Source: Pelomyxa schiedti
Taxonomy: Eukaryota; Protista; Evosea
Reading direction: 5' to 3'
DNA: 64,000 nucleotides
NCBI GenBank assembly: GCA_020536535.1
Contig: JAHLWZ010000053.1
Span: 1 to 64,000 of the forward strand
Both the position numbers and the translations under genes were made by a program. The notes under the pieces were generated by a model. It did no database searches and had not been told where the DNA came from. It worked only from the letters and a program-made list of their open reading frames with translations. This document shows positions 36,315 to 49,500 of this stretch, piece by piece. Position 1 is the stretch's first letter. Each line of letters opens with the position of its first letter.

Positions 36315-39300
36315 TCAAAATTCATTACGGAAGAGGACGCTCTTCCGTTTGTGGCGAAGCGCTAGGCGGCACAGCAACAAAACGGATGTAGCCGTCAGCG
36401 TGTGTAGAACGACGGCGGCGAGGAGGATCCAAAACGCTGGCTCTGGTGTGGCTGTAATACTTGCGCACACGTCCTCGTGGTTGAGTGCGGCATCAAAGTA
36501 TTTCTCCAGCACTGCATTGACCGAAGCGCACTTTGTTGTGGTGAGAAGTTGAGAAAACTGCTTGAGCTGAAGGAAAAACCCAACAAGTACCGCTGTGAAA
36601 ACCTGATAAAGGTCAGCGTAAAATATGCGTAAATGGCATACGTCGACGGCAGACCAGGCGTATAAACTCTCGCTAAGGCACATTAAAATCTCTTGGTGAT
36701 AGAGTTTGACAGGTAGAACCCAGAGCAACAGAATGGAAAGTATGCTGCAAAGTGGAAGAGCAATGACAGTAAGAGTAAAAACCACGATTGTAATGAGTGT
36801 GCGGAAGCTGAGTGAACTTGACTTCAAAATGCATTGTGGTACTTGAATTAACGAGAAAGGTCTTGATGAAGGTGAGTTGAGTGCATTGAGGACCCATCCG
36901 GCAGCACCGCCTATCTGAAACCCAAATGCTAGTTCCTTCAAAGAAAACGCAAGGAGAAGTACAGATAAAATGAGACATATTGCCACCGTTGATGCTGCTA
37001 CTACCCTCAAAGAGTAGTGCCGTATCCTTGCCAGGGCCGAGAGGCACAAGGGAGTGCTAGGCGCGGGTCTAGTTATAGATTGAACTCTACACCTCATTTC
37101 TTGATAATTTGAGTAGTGATGCGCAGCAACAATGGAATGTGTAATAATCAAGCATAGTACTGTTCCAAGTAGAAAGCACGTCAAACCATACAGGGGCTCC
37201 ACGTGCAGAGTCCCATTTAAGGGTGCCTCCACTGAATTTTGTTGTGGCGGAATATCCAATGATGTATCAAATGCTATTGCCATGAGCATCAGCACAAAGA
37301 AGGCAGTAAGGGACCACTTCCCAAACATATCTAAGGGATATTAAAAACTAACCGGCTAAATGGAGACGATACTGATAAGAATAAGAATGACCTCCCGCTT
37401 CTTGATTGAAAGATATGTAAGCGGGACAGTCCACACAAGTAGTAGAGCTGCCAGTTTGAGGTATGGCCATACACCTGTTAGAAACACAAGAATGACTGCC
37501 AGAGCCCTTACACCTGCTTCCCAAATGATCTTTATGCATTAGTGAAGATTCACAGTATTGTACTTACATCGAGACATCCTGAAATATTGAAGATGAATAT
37601 AGGCGGTAGTTGAACAGTCCGCTTTGCGCCAGTGGTGACAGAGAGGTAAACCCCACTAGAGCCAGTTGTGTTGGAGGACACAAGTAGAACGAAATCTGCA
37701 AGTATCAACATGGGTACTGAGTAACGCACTGCAATATGTATGAATCTGTTCCACATCAAGCACTCAGAAACATGCTTTCTTTGTTTCTCCTCGACTGAAT
37801 TCGCTGATAACTTGCTCCTGTGAGCATGACAAAACCAGCTGATCAATACAACTACCCAAAACGAGCTTGCTGCTGCAATGAGGGCAGAGTATGTTGCTAT
37901 CTTATTTGCAGTTTCCAGTGGTTTCCTGAAATCCTTTACAGATGGGCATGTTGAATTGGACAGCAGCAACAGAAGGAAGGTGTTGAAATTGTTTTTAAGA
38001 GGAGTCATCACAACTTCATTGAGGACAGGAGTAAACGTTGCTGAGAATGCCTTGTTGAATAGTACCAAGACACTATTGAGGACGTCATTGAGATCAAGCT
38101 CTAGCATATCAGCCTCCGCCTTGGTGTCTATCCTAAGGCTTGTGTTGCCCAGTCTAAGTAAGAGATCCATCATTTTTGAAGTATTTCCTTCAAACAGGGA
38201 TAATAAACATTCCAGATTGTAGCACTGTGCTTTTGTATAATTGAAAGATCGTTGCGGAAAGAACGCCATCTGTAGTGTGGAATACAGACCGAAGTCTGTG
38301 AGTAGAACAGTGAAAGTTAGATCTTCATGTAGCTCATATAAATCATGCAACTGTGGCGAGACCAGCGATATATCAAACTGAAGAGTTATATTGGCACCGA
38401 AGTTGTCCAGAAGCGGTGTGGATAGAAGTGTAGCCGGATCGATTGGTATCAGGAATTCAAACTCCTCCCAAGACGTAAGTCCAAAAAGGCTGATTCTGGT
38501 AATATTAAAGGATAAACCGAGTACTTCCCCAAGTGAAATATTTTTACAAAAAGCAGTCTCTCTGGAAATACTTCCTAGATTATGGTAAATGGTGGATTCG
38601 GCTTCATTTCAAATCTTACCTGTGTTGTTTGTTACATCTTTCATAATCTTATTGACTCCAGCTATGCCTTCAATACCCACCAGATCATTTAACAGATAGG
38701 TCGCAGCCGATACTGCAGAACAGTTCTGTAAATTCTGTGCCCCTGGCCGGATCAGTGGCAAAATGGGTGGAAATTGCGGGCCAATAACCATGTGATATGT
38801 TCTTTGATACACATAGGAAATGGCCTGTGTGCCCCAAAAGTTGATTTGGGCTGAAAATTCTTTACAAATTGCAGAAGCGAGAAGAGATTCAATGTCATAG
38901 TTGGCAAGAAGTATACTGGGGCGGTCAATATCGACATGGGAATGATGATTCACGATGTTTGGGGAACTAGAAAATTGGAGGTGGATATCTGCATGACAAT
39001 AAGAAGTATTCAAAGCCGTAGGCAATCCGGAGATGGAATCGAATTCTATAAGAGATATGCCAACAGACATGGAAGAATTCTCTAACGTGCTCAGTACGCT
39101 TCCCCCTCGTTCCGTTTGGCGGCGGTTTTTAATATGGCGAGACCACCACTCTGCTGTGCAAGTAGCTCCAATTCCAATGGCATCAATGTTGATCCCATTT
39201 TCTACGTTCACCGGCACAACAGCATCCATAGAGAAACCAGTGCACACAATCGATGTGACATTGACAAATACTTCATGTTGCACTCCAGGCGTGCTGAAGT

Positions 39301-39442
39301 TGAAGTGAAGACTCAGATCCGAAGGTGCAATCTCCAAATTCTCCAGAAAGCATCTCAGATCGCATCCCTCTCCCTTTATTAGCCAACACAAGGAAAACAG
39401 CCACAACGTCAGTCTCACATAGTTTCCAACCAGCACACCCAT
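36315..39442 (-). CDS. Multi-pass membrane protein: signal peptide, BPI/TULIP-like luminal region, two PqiA-like TM repeats
   Basis: Repeat 1: IWEAGVRALAVILVFLTGVWPYLKL...W..P...GKWSLTAFFV. Repeat 2: ITIVVFTLTVIALP...LLLWVLP...YAWSAVDVF. N-terminal beta-rich glycosylated domains ending in helices (LLASAICKEF; LNEVVMTPLKNNFN). Confidence 0.7.
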
Positions 39443-39682
39443 CTTCTTTCTTAATTTATATCTCTCTGTCCTGGGCCACCCATTCCGCAAACCGCGGCAA
39501 GATACACCACTCCCCTGCCAAAGTGTCAAACAATCTTTTATCCTCAAACTTTTAAAGACACATAACACAAGAAATTCTTCTCTATTAGAAAACACAAAGG
39601 CCTTCGATCCACCCATTAATATAATAGGTGGATAAGTGTGAGTTCTGGGCTTGTTTGACGTGATGAGTGGCACGCCACGAGC

Positions 39683-41097
39683 TCAGAATGATAAGGAATC
39701 CAAGTCTAGGCCACTAGCCATGGCACTGAGGTCCAGACCCGTGGTTATGATTGGTTCCCCTTGATCGGGTGCATCACAGAGTTGTGACTGAAGAAGAGCT
39801 GCAAGCTGGGCATTTACCTCGGTTTTTTCTTGCTGAAGTGTGGCATTTGTGGTACGGAGCGTGGCCATCTCGGCTTGTAGGCCTATTATTCAATGTTACA
39901 TCATCACCCTTTAAACCACATAACACTGCACTGGGGGGGGAGTCATACTTTTAATTGTTTCACTATCATGCTTTCTCTGTTCCTTGTGCTGAGGGACAAC
40001 ATAAGTATAACTACCGACTTACTATCAGAAAAAACTACCTGACGTAATTCTTGTGCCAAAGCTTGACACTTTTGTTGCAATACAGCCATCCCTTGAGTGC
40101 TGTTGTTTCTCAATTCTGCCGCGGTAGTTTCAGCCTAGTGCAATGTTAGTGAATGTGAGTACCACTTTGACATAGTTACAACATGCGCTATTTGTTCTTT
40201 CAAAACCCTAATTTCCTCTTTGGCTTTCTCGACTTCCTCCAACTGAAAAGGAATTAAAAGGACTCAGGGTGCGCAGTTGGGTACCAATAGAGTTGGAGAA
40301 TTATGTCTATGGTGCTTATGCTGCATGGTAAGTGTAAGTACTCGGAGCGATTTTGTGTACATAAGGTCAAGGGAAAGGTACCCTATCTCCATTAATTTGA
40401 TCAGCTGAGGTTCTTTCCGCAGATGATTTTTCTGAGCGGTGATGGTGCTTGTGGTGTGATCTGTGACTCCCCCCTGGCTGTGGAGATGTCGATTGAAGAT
40501 ACTCATCAACAATCAACGCGAGTTCCTCATAACTGCCACACTGCAGGGCCACTATTGGCGGTGTCTGGTGTGCCAATGCAACATAAGGGTGCGAGAATGG
40601 AAAAGGAACAAGAAAACTCACGGTTGTAGGGAACGGTGGATGGTCCGCGCCAGCTTTCGCAACGGCGTCGGGTGGGGCTTGGTCCCCAATCCTTAGGAAG
40701 AGCCAGGTGTTTGTTGGTTAAGGTTTTTTTTTTTTTTTTTTGGGAGGAGGTTTAGACTAGGTCAGAGAGGGCAAACCAAGTCACAAAAAAGAACATGCGG
40801 TTCCCCTTCTTCGACGCATGGAAAAAGCACATCAGGACTTCATTAGGGGACAAATTGGGAATCATGGACTGCAGCCCGCCACGGCCACTGTCCAGCACAA
40901 CATATTTCCCAAGCGACTGAGCTCTCATTATAACCCTAACCAAATGCACAAATGTAAGCACCACGAATCAAAAGGGTAAGTAAAAAAAAAAAAAAAAGTA
41001 TTGTGGAGACGCGCAGGAGATCTCTCAGCCACGTCATCACGCAAACGTACCAGTCGTATTTTAGCGACACCACCGCTGCCATGGCAGTATCCGCCAT
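39683..41097 (-). CDS. ADF-H (coactosin/drebrin-like) domain plus coiled-coil protein
   Basis: Spliced YDWVIMRAQ...LDSGRGGLQSMIPNLSPNEVLMCFF...FFFVTWIGDQAP..AVAKA; C-terminal heptads EEVEKAKEEIRVLKEQ, LQQEKTEVNAQLAALL. Confidence 0.55.
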
Positions 41098-41325
41098 CAC
41101 CCCGTTATGGCCACCGGTGTTGTCCTTGCTTTTTGTTTTCGTTCTTTTCGGAAACCGAGAAGTTCGATGAAACCTGGAAAGGAACGGCCTCTGCTCGTGA
41201 CAATTTATCGCACACTGTTCTCCGGAGTGAGGAGCTTTTATTGTGCTCCGCAGCACGTTCTTTTTCATAAAATTTGTGGCAAGTTTTTACAACATAAGTA
41301 CAGGGTCATGTCCTTGTGGCTTGGG

Positions 41326-43412
41326 TCACAGAGTCCAGGGTATCAAGTCATTGACAGAGAAGGTGTGTATGTTTTGGGGTTTCCATATTTCTACGGTGAC
41401 GGCGTTTGGCTGTGTCTCCCACCTTGTATCTTTGATTGCAACAGCTTCCATGACATCTTTCCCGCAAACGGCGTGTGGCTGGTCATACACTGTGTGCTTC
41501 CGCTCGGTAAACTCACTTCTCAAGTCAATCATGTAGCCTTTCTCCCAGAACTCCGTCAAGAGTAGTAGCACCAGTGTGGATGGTGGCATCTTTTGGCTGC
41601 TGGTTAGGGAGTAATTGTCGTCTGTATTTGTATTGCTGTGCCGGTGATGCAAGGGAATCCTCAACATTGCATAAGAGTCTACTGGCACATAGGCAAAGTC
41701 ATTCAAGTCACTCAAAACAGCTGACTTGGCGGAATGCCAAGACGTGGGGTTACATAAATGAGCAAGTGGGACTCCAATTGCTGAAACAAGCTCTCCTAGT
41801 GATTTTGACTTGACCTATTCAAAAAAATTGTGAGAAAAAAAAGGACAAAAGGCTGAGTTAACCAGCTCCCGCGCTGAGAGAGTAACATGCAACTTATCCA
41901 GTGGTGAGAATAGGGTGATGTTGTCCATTGCTGTGGTGCCAAAAGATGTAAAAATTGAAACATTTTCACTGTGGTACCTTGAAAAGTAGGTTATCAAAGG
42001 AATTGGAAAAAGAAATTTACTCGTGATGGTTGTGTGTGAAACTATAGTGAAAGTTGGTGTGGAACTTGAACTGGGCACAATGGGTTCTCCAATTTGAGGA
42101 TGTATTGTACAGTGCCATTTGAAGTGGGTGCGACGAACCCATCTTTATGCCAAGCACGTAGGAACTTGAACTAATTCTTACCTGCATGCAAGGAAGAATT
42201 AATGGCAGTTGAAAGAAGCGGATGGTTACATAAAAACTCCTTGTGGAATCTTCAGCGGTAATCGACATGTTGGAAGTTACTCGTTGTTTGATGTTCCAGA
42301 AGTCGGGAATAACCCCTGCTGACAGACAAATTACAGGCGCCTCTGCACTGCTGGCCATGGGTCTCTTTAATTCAATCTTCATTTAGTGAGAACTTAAGCA
42401 AAAACAGTGGTAAGTAGTCGCCAATATTTACAGGGAATTCTTTCTTGTAAAACGGAAAATCCGGCGCAACATGAACTTTACCGATCATTTGAGGTTCGGA
42501 GCTAAGGTCTTCTTCTACCAGCTACAGGTTCGGAACCCAAAAGTACATTTAAAGATGGGTAGAATTGTAGGAATACAAACTCCAATTGTGAGAGGACCAA
42601 GGTTCCCCCGTACAACAAACCTATGGTTCCTGTTTTGCAAAAAAAAAAAAAAGAAGTGAGAATAAAAAACCAGACGGTGCAACGAACCAAGTGGGGTCAC
42701 CCATGCATTCACAAGATGGAGTTTTGTGTATCTCCACGACTCCGGGAAATTGAATAGTACATGTTACGTCCATTAATACAGAGGTCGGCCGAGAGGGAAG
42801 AGACCGCGCACTGTGAGCGTATACCTCGTACATCACGCGAACAGTGCTGTGCCCACCAATTCGCACGGACGTGGTCGGATGCAGCGACGTCGAGCTGCGC
42901 TGCGACGCTTTGTTGCGACCAATCGCACTAGCCTCGGTCTTGGCAACGGCCGTCGCCTTGGCCACACTTTGCGGAGGCAGCGACAGCGCCCGCACGAGCG
43001 CGCCGGGGCCAGTGTCGTCCGCCGCCGCCACCGCCGGCGAGGCCGGCCTCGTCACAACGTCCTCGCCTGCGCCGTTGTCCGGCGGCTCCGGGCCCTTGGC
43101 TCCCGTGGGCCTGGTGGCGTCGCCGCTGTTTGCAGCAGGGGCCCCGGGGCCGCCGCTCGACGTGGGTGCACTGGCGCAAGAGGGGGAAACAGCCTTGCAG
43201 CTCGTCTCGGCCCAGCGCCGTAGGTGGGGCGTCGAATACTCCCCTTTCACGGTCTTGTGCCGCGGCGGTCTGGTTTGCACCCCTGTGGTCTCCGCGTTGT
43301 GGTGGTGTTTGTTCGGCGCAGGACCGTCTCTGCCGGTGTGATGATGCCTGGTTATGGGCTTTGAAACAATGCTCGCATTCTTGACTACGACCACAGAAGA
43401 CCCGCACCCCAT
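41326..43412 (-). CDS. Putatively N-myristoylated/palmitoylated C2-domain protein
   Basis: MGCGSS start; spliced YEVYAHSARSLP...DVTCTIQF...KTPS...DPTWNHRFVV..LTIGLVEED..PQMIGKVHV follows the C2 pattern. Confidence 0.65.
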
Positions 43413-43574
43413 CCAAGACGTGAGTATTATTTGCTGGTTGTTGTTTGCTGTGGTTGATCGGTTTTTTAAAGGAAATCTCTTTCCATCGGTAACTAATCCC
43501 GGGCAAACGAATCGGTTTTCGCTAAGACAGAAGTGTGTTGTTGATCAACCACCAATTCCCAATGGAGTCAAACG

Positions 43575-46266
43575 TCAAGGTAGGGAATTAGTGGAAGTAC
43601 CAGGAGGAACAACAGGAGCAAGGGTCACCATAGTGGTATTGAACGTGGGTCCGCCACCCAGTGTCTGTGGTATTGGGCTGGTAAGTACGTTTTGCAGAGT
43701 GCCGCAGGTGCCGCGGGCCTCCTTTGGGCACCATACAACACCTGGGGGCATGGTGTCTGTTACGCGTGTGGTGAGTGTCACACTGCCCTGGTCATTCTGG
43801 AGTGTGCAGGAGCTGCCGTTGGCAATGTGGAGGCGCTCGGCGTCTCTTGGGTTGATGTCTGAATATTAGGCGAGCGGAGTGGGTGGTTTAGGGTGAATTT
43901 GGGAGGGAAGGGGACTTACAAACTGTGGGGGGAATTGGCCCGTATACGTGCTGGAATTGACTGTGAGTGTACTGTGGAACGGCACTGTTCAGCATAACGA
44001 ATGTGTTGGAGTTACGAGATGGAATAGGAAGTTGGACAGGCACTGGGCTTATCCCGGCAGCCGCAGCCCGTTGTGAGCTGAACTCGATTTTTCCAGTTGG
44101 AGTAGGGTAGTGATTTTTTGGTAGGCACTGTAGGGAAATGAATGCGCCATCAAAGAATGTAATAGGAAGGAAACTGTACCTTCAAAGAAACTGTCTCACC
44201 ATTAAAAAACCGTTCCATGTCTGCTGGAGATAGGGAATCTTTCATAGCAATTCTCATGGCCGCGCGAGGATCTTCAGTGATGCATTCATCAGTAATCCCT
44301 AGTCTAGATGCAATTTCTCGCATCAGCTGCACACAGGTTTTAAAAAAGATCAGATAGGAAAAAAAGGACTCACCCAGAGCTCATCACGAGATTCGGATAG
44401 TGGTCTGGCAATAGGCAGATTTAAACGAACGTAATTGTGAGTCCATGGAAGTACAACTTCTTCTTTCTCCAGAAATGAGGAAGCTGGCAAAACAACATTT
44501 GCGAATTGCGCCGATTCCGTCCAGCAAGTATCATGAACAACCACAAATACATCACTTCGTTTCAGCTTGTATTATTTCGGGTAAGCTAGCTGGTAATTGA
44601 CATTGAAGAGATACTCCTAAATGCACAGACTTCAAATCCGGAAGTGTTACTGCTGGATTCATATCTAAGTTAAATCAGTATCCCTTTTGGAAACCACTTA
44701 AACAGACTGAAGATAAAAATGAACTTAAATTCGCCTTTGCTCATAGCTTGACCAATACTTATCAAGCTGGTGACTTTAGAAGGCCCTTTCGTACCTCTCG
44801 TTGTTAAATAATCTCCGTCCACAGGGTAGGCAGATCCGTTCCTGTGCATCACTGTGAACACTTAGACTAACCATGTGATAGGAGGTGTACGAATAAAAGA
44901 ATCCACGGTGCAAGCCAAGAAGTGCTGGGATAAGAGACACAGCTCTTGAAGCCTCAGCTCCATAGAAAGATTTCTGAAATCCCAGACCAATCATGGAGGC
45001 ACTTGGTTTAAGTGACGCATATCTATGACAGTTAGGCACGGCAAACCGCTTGTAAGCACACAATTTTCCAAGACTTTCAATATCTGTCAATGGGATTCCT
45101 GTAAGTGAGCTTACGCGGTCTAGATCCCACTGCATAATCATTTCTTTGTACTCAGTAAAGCCAGTAGTGAACTCCGTTATAAATTCGTTATCTTTTGAGT
45201 TGCTTTTGAGTTTGAATAAGGTTGTCTGGAAGGCACACCAATCATATTGTTCTTGATAAGGAAATGCGCAATACCCAGAGCAAGCGCAGTATCAGTCCCC
45301 ACTGCAGGGTGAAGCCAAATGTCAGAGCCAGAAGCTGTCTCACTTTTTCTGCAATCAATGGTAACTATTATAGTACCATTTCGTTGTGCCTTGAAGAAAG
45401 GACCGAAGAAAGATATAAGATATTTAAGAACATCACACAACGAAATGGTTGCCTACCTGTTTGGCAAGTGCCCATGCGTGAATGAAACTCACAGCTGGAT
45501 TAAATCCCCAGAAAACGATTAATTTTTGATGAAGTAATTCTTCTGGCTTTGTTGGAATGGTAAATGCCCTGCAAACGAAGTTTGCACACCTGCACGCCGT
45601 ACTGGAGGCCATAGTGGTATTTTATCGCCGTAGCACCGGACATACTGCACAAGGTGTAGTCAGTCTAAAGGTTCATTGGTAAGAGATATGATGTCTGTAG
45701 AACGATACAGCTGCAGAGCCAATAGTATTCCACAATCTAAGAGCTATCATGGAAGTATATGCCCCTGCATTTCCAGCAAAGTCCTGATAACAGTTAAAAT
45801 AAACGGGTCTACTGTTCAACATGCAAGGGAAGGGAGGCGAACCAAATGCAAAACCGATTCAGGTCCATATGTCTCAATGGTCTTCTGCATGACAGAACAC
45901 ACTTTATCCAGGGCGTTCTGCCAGGAGCAGCGAGCGAGGGGTTCGTCCTTACTCTCCCGCATGTGAGGAAATCCAACCCTATTAGTAATGCGATTTTTGT
46001 GGTCCATTGACCCCCTAGCACACAAAAAGCCCTGCATCGTTGTTACACGGAAGGGAAAAAGAAGAAAAAAAAACCGTACTCTTGTTACGGGGTGATCTGG
46101 GTCGCCCTTCAAAGGGGCCAAAAGAACGTCGTCCGGTGCATCCTCAACAGGCAAAGTAGCAATTGACGTGCAAGTGTCGTAGCAATCTACGAGGGAAAAA
46201 CCGCAACTAAACGCCACATAATCAAAGATAAAGACAGTTACCCCGTGCACACGCAATGCGCCTCAT
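43575..46266 (-). CDS. Molybdopterin (bis-MGD, DMSO-reductase superfamily) oxidoreductase with N-terminal 4Fe-4S motif; about 14 introns
   Basis: MRRIACARDCYDTC...KGDPDHPVTRGFLCARG; TDYTLCSMSG; IVFWGFNP; IVTIDCRKSETA..DIWLHP..GTDTALALG; NMNPAVTLPD; FVVVHDTCWTESAQFANVVLPASSFLEK; PTPTGKIEF; INPRDAERLHIANG...VTDTMPPGVVW...TFNTTMV. Confidence 0.92.
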
Positions 46267-46562
46267 TATCGGGAAATAAACAAACACTCCGTACAGTGTT
46301 AGGTTTTGAGAATCTTGGAGTTCCAAGATCCTGCAAGTCAGAAATTATGGGGAAGATGTGGCATGTCAAGGTGCCAAGCGAAACTGTCAATGTGCTTGTG
46401 AGTCCGATTTCTGGGGGACTGAGGATGTGCCTGCCGCGAATTCCTTCATCAGGAGCACGGTGGCCAACAACCACCATTTGGGAAATCGCGGAATGACATC
46501 TTCTTTCGTAGTTTTTTTGAGAAACATCAACGCGAAGCAAAACACAAATTTTGTGTCCCTGG

Positions 46563-49500
46563 ATGGAGTTCACTGTGACACCGGTACAGCTGCAGGAGCT
46601 CGTCCGCCACAAGTACGTTACGTTGCGAGATCTCTTCCTTTCGAGTGGCAGATCCTTATTTTCCCTTTTTTTTTCTTTTTTGTTTGTGTGTCTCCTTATT
46701 TTGTTACGCACTCGTGGTGTTCTTGTTGCGACTGCTTTGTTAAGGGAATATTAACAATAAAAAAAAAAAAGGAAAGTGGAGGAGTTGGTAGCCTTGGGAG
46801 GATTGGAAGGATTGGCTGAGAAGTTGGGCACCCACTTAAAGACAGGTCTCAGCAAAGAAGAAGTCGACTCCAACTTTGCCCATCGACGCAGCGTGTGAGT
46901 ATCCCCTACTTTTGGCCGAGTCCTTTCTCATTTAAGTCTCTAAATCCACCTAGATTTGGTATAAATGTGCTCCCTGAGCCAAAGCACAAAAATTTTTTCC
47001 AACTGTGGTTCGAGGCCATCAAAGATTTGACCTTAATCATTCTTATCATTGCTGCAGTAGTTTCTTTGGTCCTCGGTCTTGCAATTCCTGAAGGTTAACT
47101 ATTTGTGGGCATAGCGGTATCTTAATATCACTCCAATGCAGACCTTGGCTACCAAGATGCCTGTCTAGTCAATGTAACGTACAGTGAGGATGAAGTCATC
47201 AGTGATCAACAATCAAGTAGGAGGAAAGCATCATGTAACTTTTATAATTTATGCTGCAATCCAAACTTCCAGGTTGGATTGAAGGAGCAGCCATTCTTGC
47301 TGCAGTTCTTGTGGCGAGCACTGTCACGGCCGGGAATAACTATTCAAAGGAGCGCCAGTTTCGTGCACTTTCTAATCAAGAAGAGCGTGACAGAACTGTC
47401 AAAGTCATACGAAAAGGGGAATTGGTAACCCTTTTTTTCTCTTTTCCCCTTCTTAATATGGCTTTGTTATTAAATGCTTCAACTTAAGGAAACTATTCCA
47501 TATGCCGAGGTAAATGTTGGTGATGTTATTGCGCTTGATACTGGTGACGAGGTTCCTGCAGATTCAGTTTATATATCTGGATTTGGTATAGACAAGCCCT
47601 ACTATCCATCTCTTATTCCCTCTAGGCATGAAGGTTGACTCGAGCAAGATGACTGGAGAAACAACTGATATGAAAATAAACGCATCCCGACCATTTGTCC
47701 ATCTTGGCTATAAGGTAAACTTTTTTGTGCATGGTTTTACCCTGACATTAAAACTAGCTTACTGATGGTAGTGGATACGTGTTAGCATGTGGTGTTGGAC
47801 AGCACACGGAATGGGGAAAGACAATGGAATCTTTACACGATGAGAAGCCTGACACTCCTCTTCAAGAAAACTTGGATGTGTTAGCTGGGAGTATGTTTAA
47901 TAACCTTCTTCAACAACTTATGGGAATCAGCAATTGGGAAATTTGGAATGAGTGTGGCACTGTTCGTTTTTATATTTCTTTCACTGTGGTGGCTTATTCC
48001 AGCCCTAACGTTCGTTGTGCAACTGTCCTATTACAATTGATGCTTTTTAGATACGAATGTGAATGGGTGTACGCTGACGATTACTGTGCTCCAGCTCCCA
48101 CCAATATCTCTTCATATGGTTCAGAGTACGTTTGCCCCAGCTACGACTGGTCTCAAGCTGTCGATCTTATTGATTATGTCATTATTGCCATTACTATTGT
48201 GGTGGGTACCTTCGGTTATTCGTTTATTCATAGACCTCACCACTTTGCAGGTTGTAGCTGTCCCCGAAGGTCTCCCGCTTGCTGTCACTATTTCTCTTGC
48301 CTATTCAATGAAACAAATGTACGCTGATAAGAATTTGGTGAGGCACTTAAAAGCTTGTGAAACCATGTCTAATTGCACAAGTATTTTCTTCTCTCAAGTT
48401 TTTATCCCTTAATACTCACATGATCAGACATTTGTTCTGATAAAACTGGAACACTCACGGAAAACTGTATGACGATTGTCCGGGTATGTTATTATTGACA
48501 AATAAAAAATTTTCATTTGTTTAATGCATTCCAGGGTTGGTTGAGTGGTAGAGACTTCCCTGAGGTACCTCCCAAGTTTGAGATACCCAAACATGTCCTG
48601 AGACTTACCACCGAAAATTGTGCTTTGAACTGTGCCTACAGTTCCAATCTTCTTCACAAGGAGGGCAAACCTGTTGTATGTTCTCTTTTTCTTTTTCCCC
48701 TCTCCAAACTCCAATTTAGGAAACTGTTGGAAATAAAACCGATTGTGCCTTCCTCATTTTTAGTGAAGCCCTTGGGGCCAATTATCATGAAATCCGTGAC
48801 CAAAATTCTGACAATATCTACCAGCGATTTACTTTCAGCTCCACAAGAAAGCGCAGTAATTGCTTAGTGTGGCTAGACCAGAGCAAAGGATTAATCAGAC
48901 ACTATGTGAAAGTAGGTCAAACTGAGATTAAATTACGCTCATTGAGCACAGGGAGCTGCTGAAATAGTCCTTAGGCGGTGTGCAAGTGTTCTTGATGCTG
49001 AGGGGAACCCTGCCGAACTTTCAGACGAACTACGCGCAAAAATCGAGGAAGAGATTCAAGGTTATGCTACAAAGGGTTTAAGACCATTATGCCTTGCCTT
49101 CCGTGACCATCTTGCTGCCGATCCATCCAAGGCTATAGAAGTTACCCCAAAGGAGGGGAGCTCTGTAAGTAGTAGACAACTTCAGTAAAGAATTTACTTG
49201 CTTCAGTCAGCAGATCAACATCAGGAAGGCGAGACTGAAACTATTGAGGACGCTTTCTCAACGGCAGAGCCCAACGTAGTTATGGATGACACTAAAGCAG
49301 TTTATGAAACTGCTCCCGATACAAACTTAACACTGTATGCAATTTTGGGCATTCACGACCCTCTGCGACCAGAGGTTCCTGCTGCTGTGAGGGCTTGCCA
49401 AGATGCAGGGATAACTGTGAGAATGGTAACTGGTGATAGTATCCTTGGGAAAAAACTTCCTTTTCCATCCATGATTGCCTCTGTTTTTCCTTGACTTACT

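Noticed and set aside
42490-42545. GGTTCG T-loop-like motifs (also 47008, 63360)
   Set aside because: No cloverleaf; they fall within protein-coding genes.
42813-43506. Multiple long overlapping ORFs on both strands (also at 15569-16225, 57282-57683, 60900-61697)
   Set aside because: Expected shadows of GC-rich or low-complexity exons; only one frame joins into conserved domains.
44560-44620. U12-type introns (donors gtatctctt, gtatcgtt)
   Set aside because: They do not match GTATCCTT and lack a TCCTTAAC branch site.
45600-45660. Selenocysteine at the Mo-ligand position
   Set aside because: The codon reads TGC (Cys) in TDYTLC.
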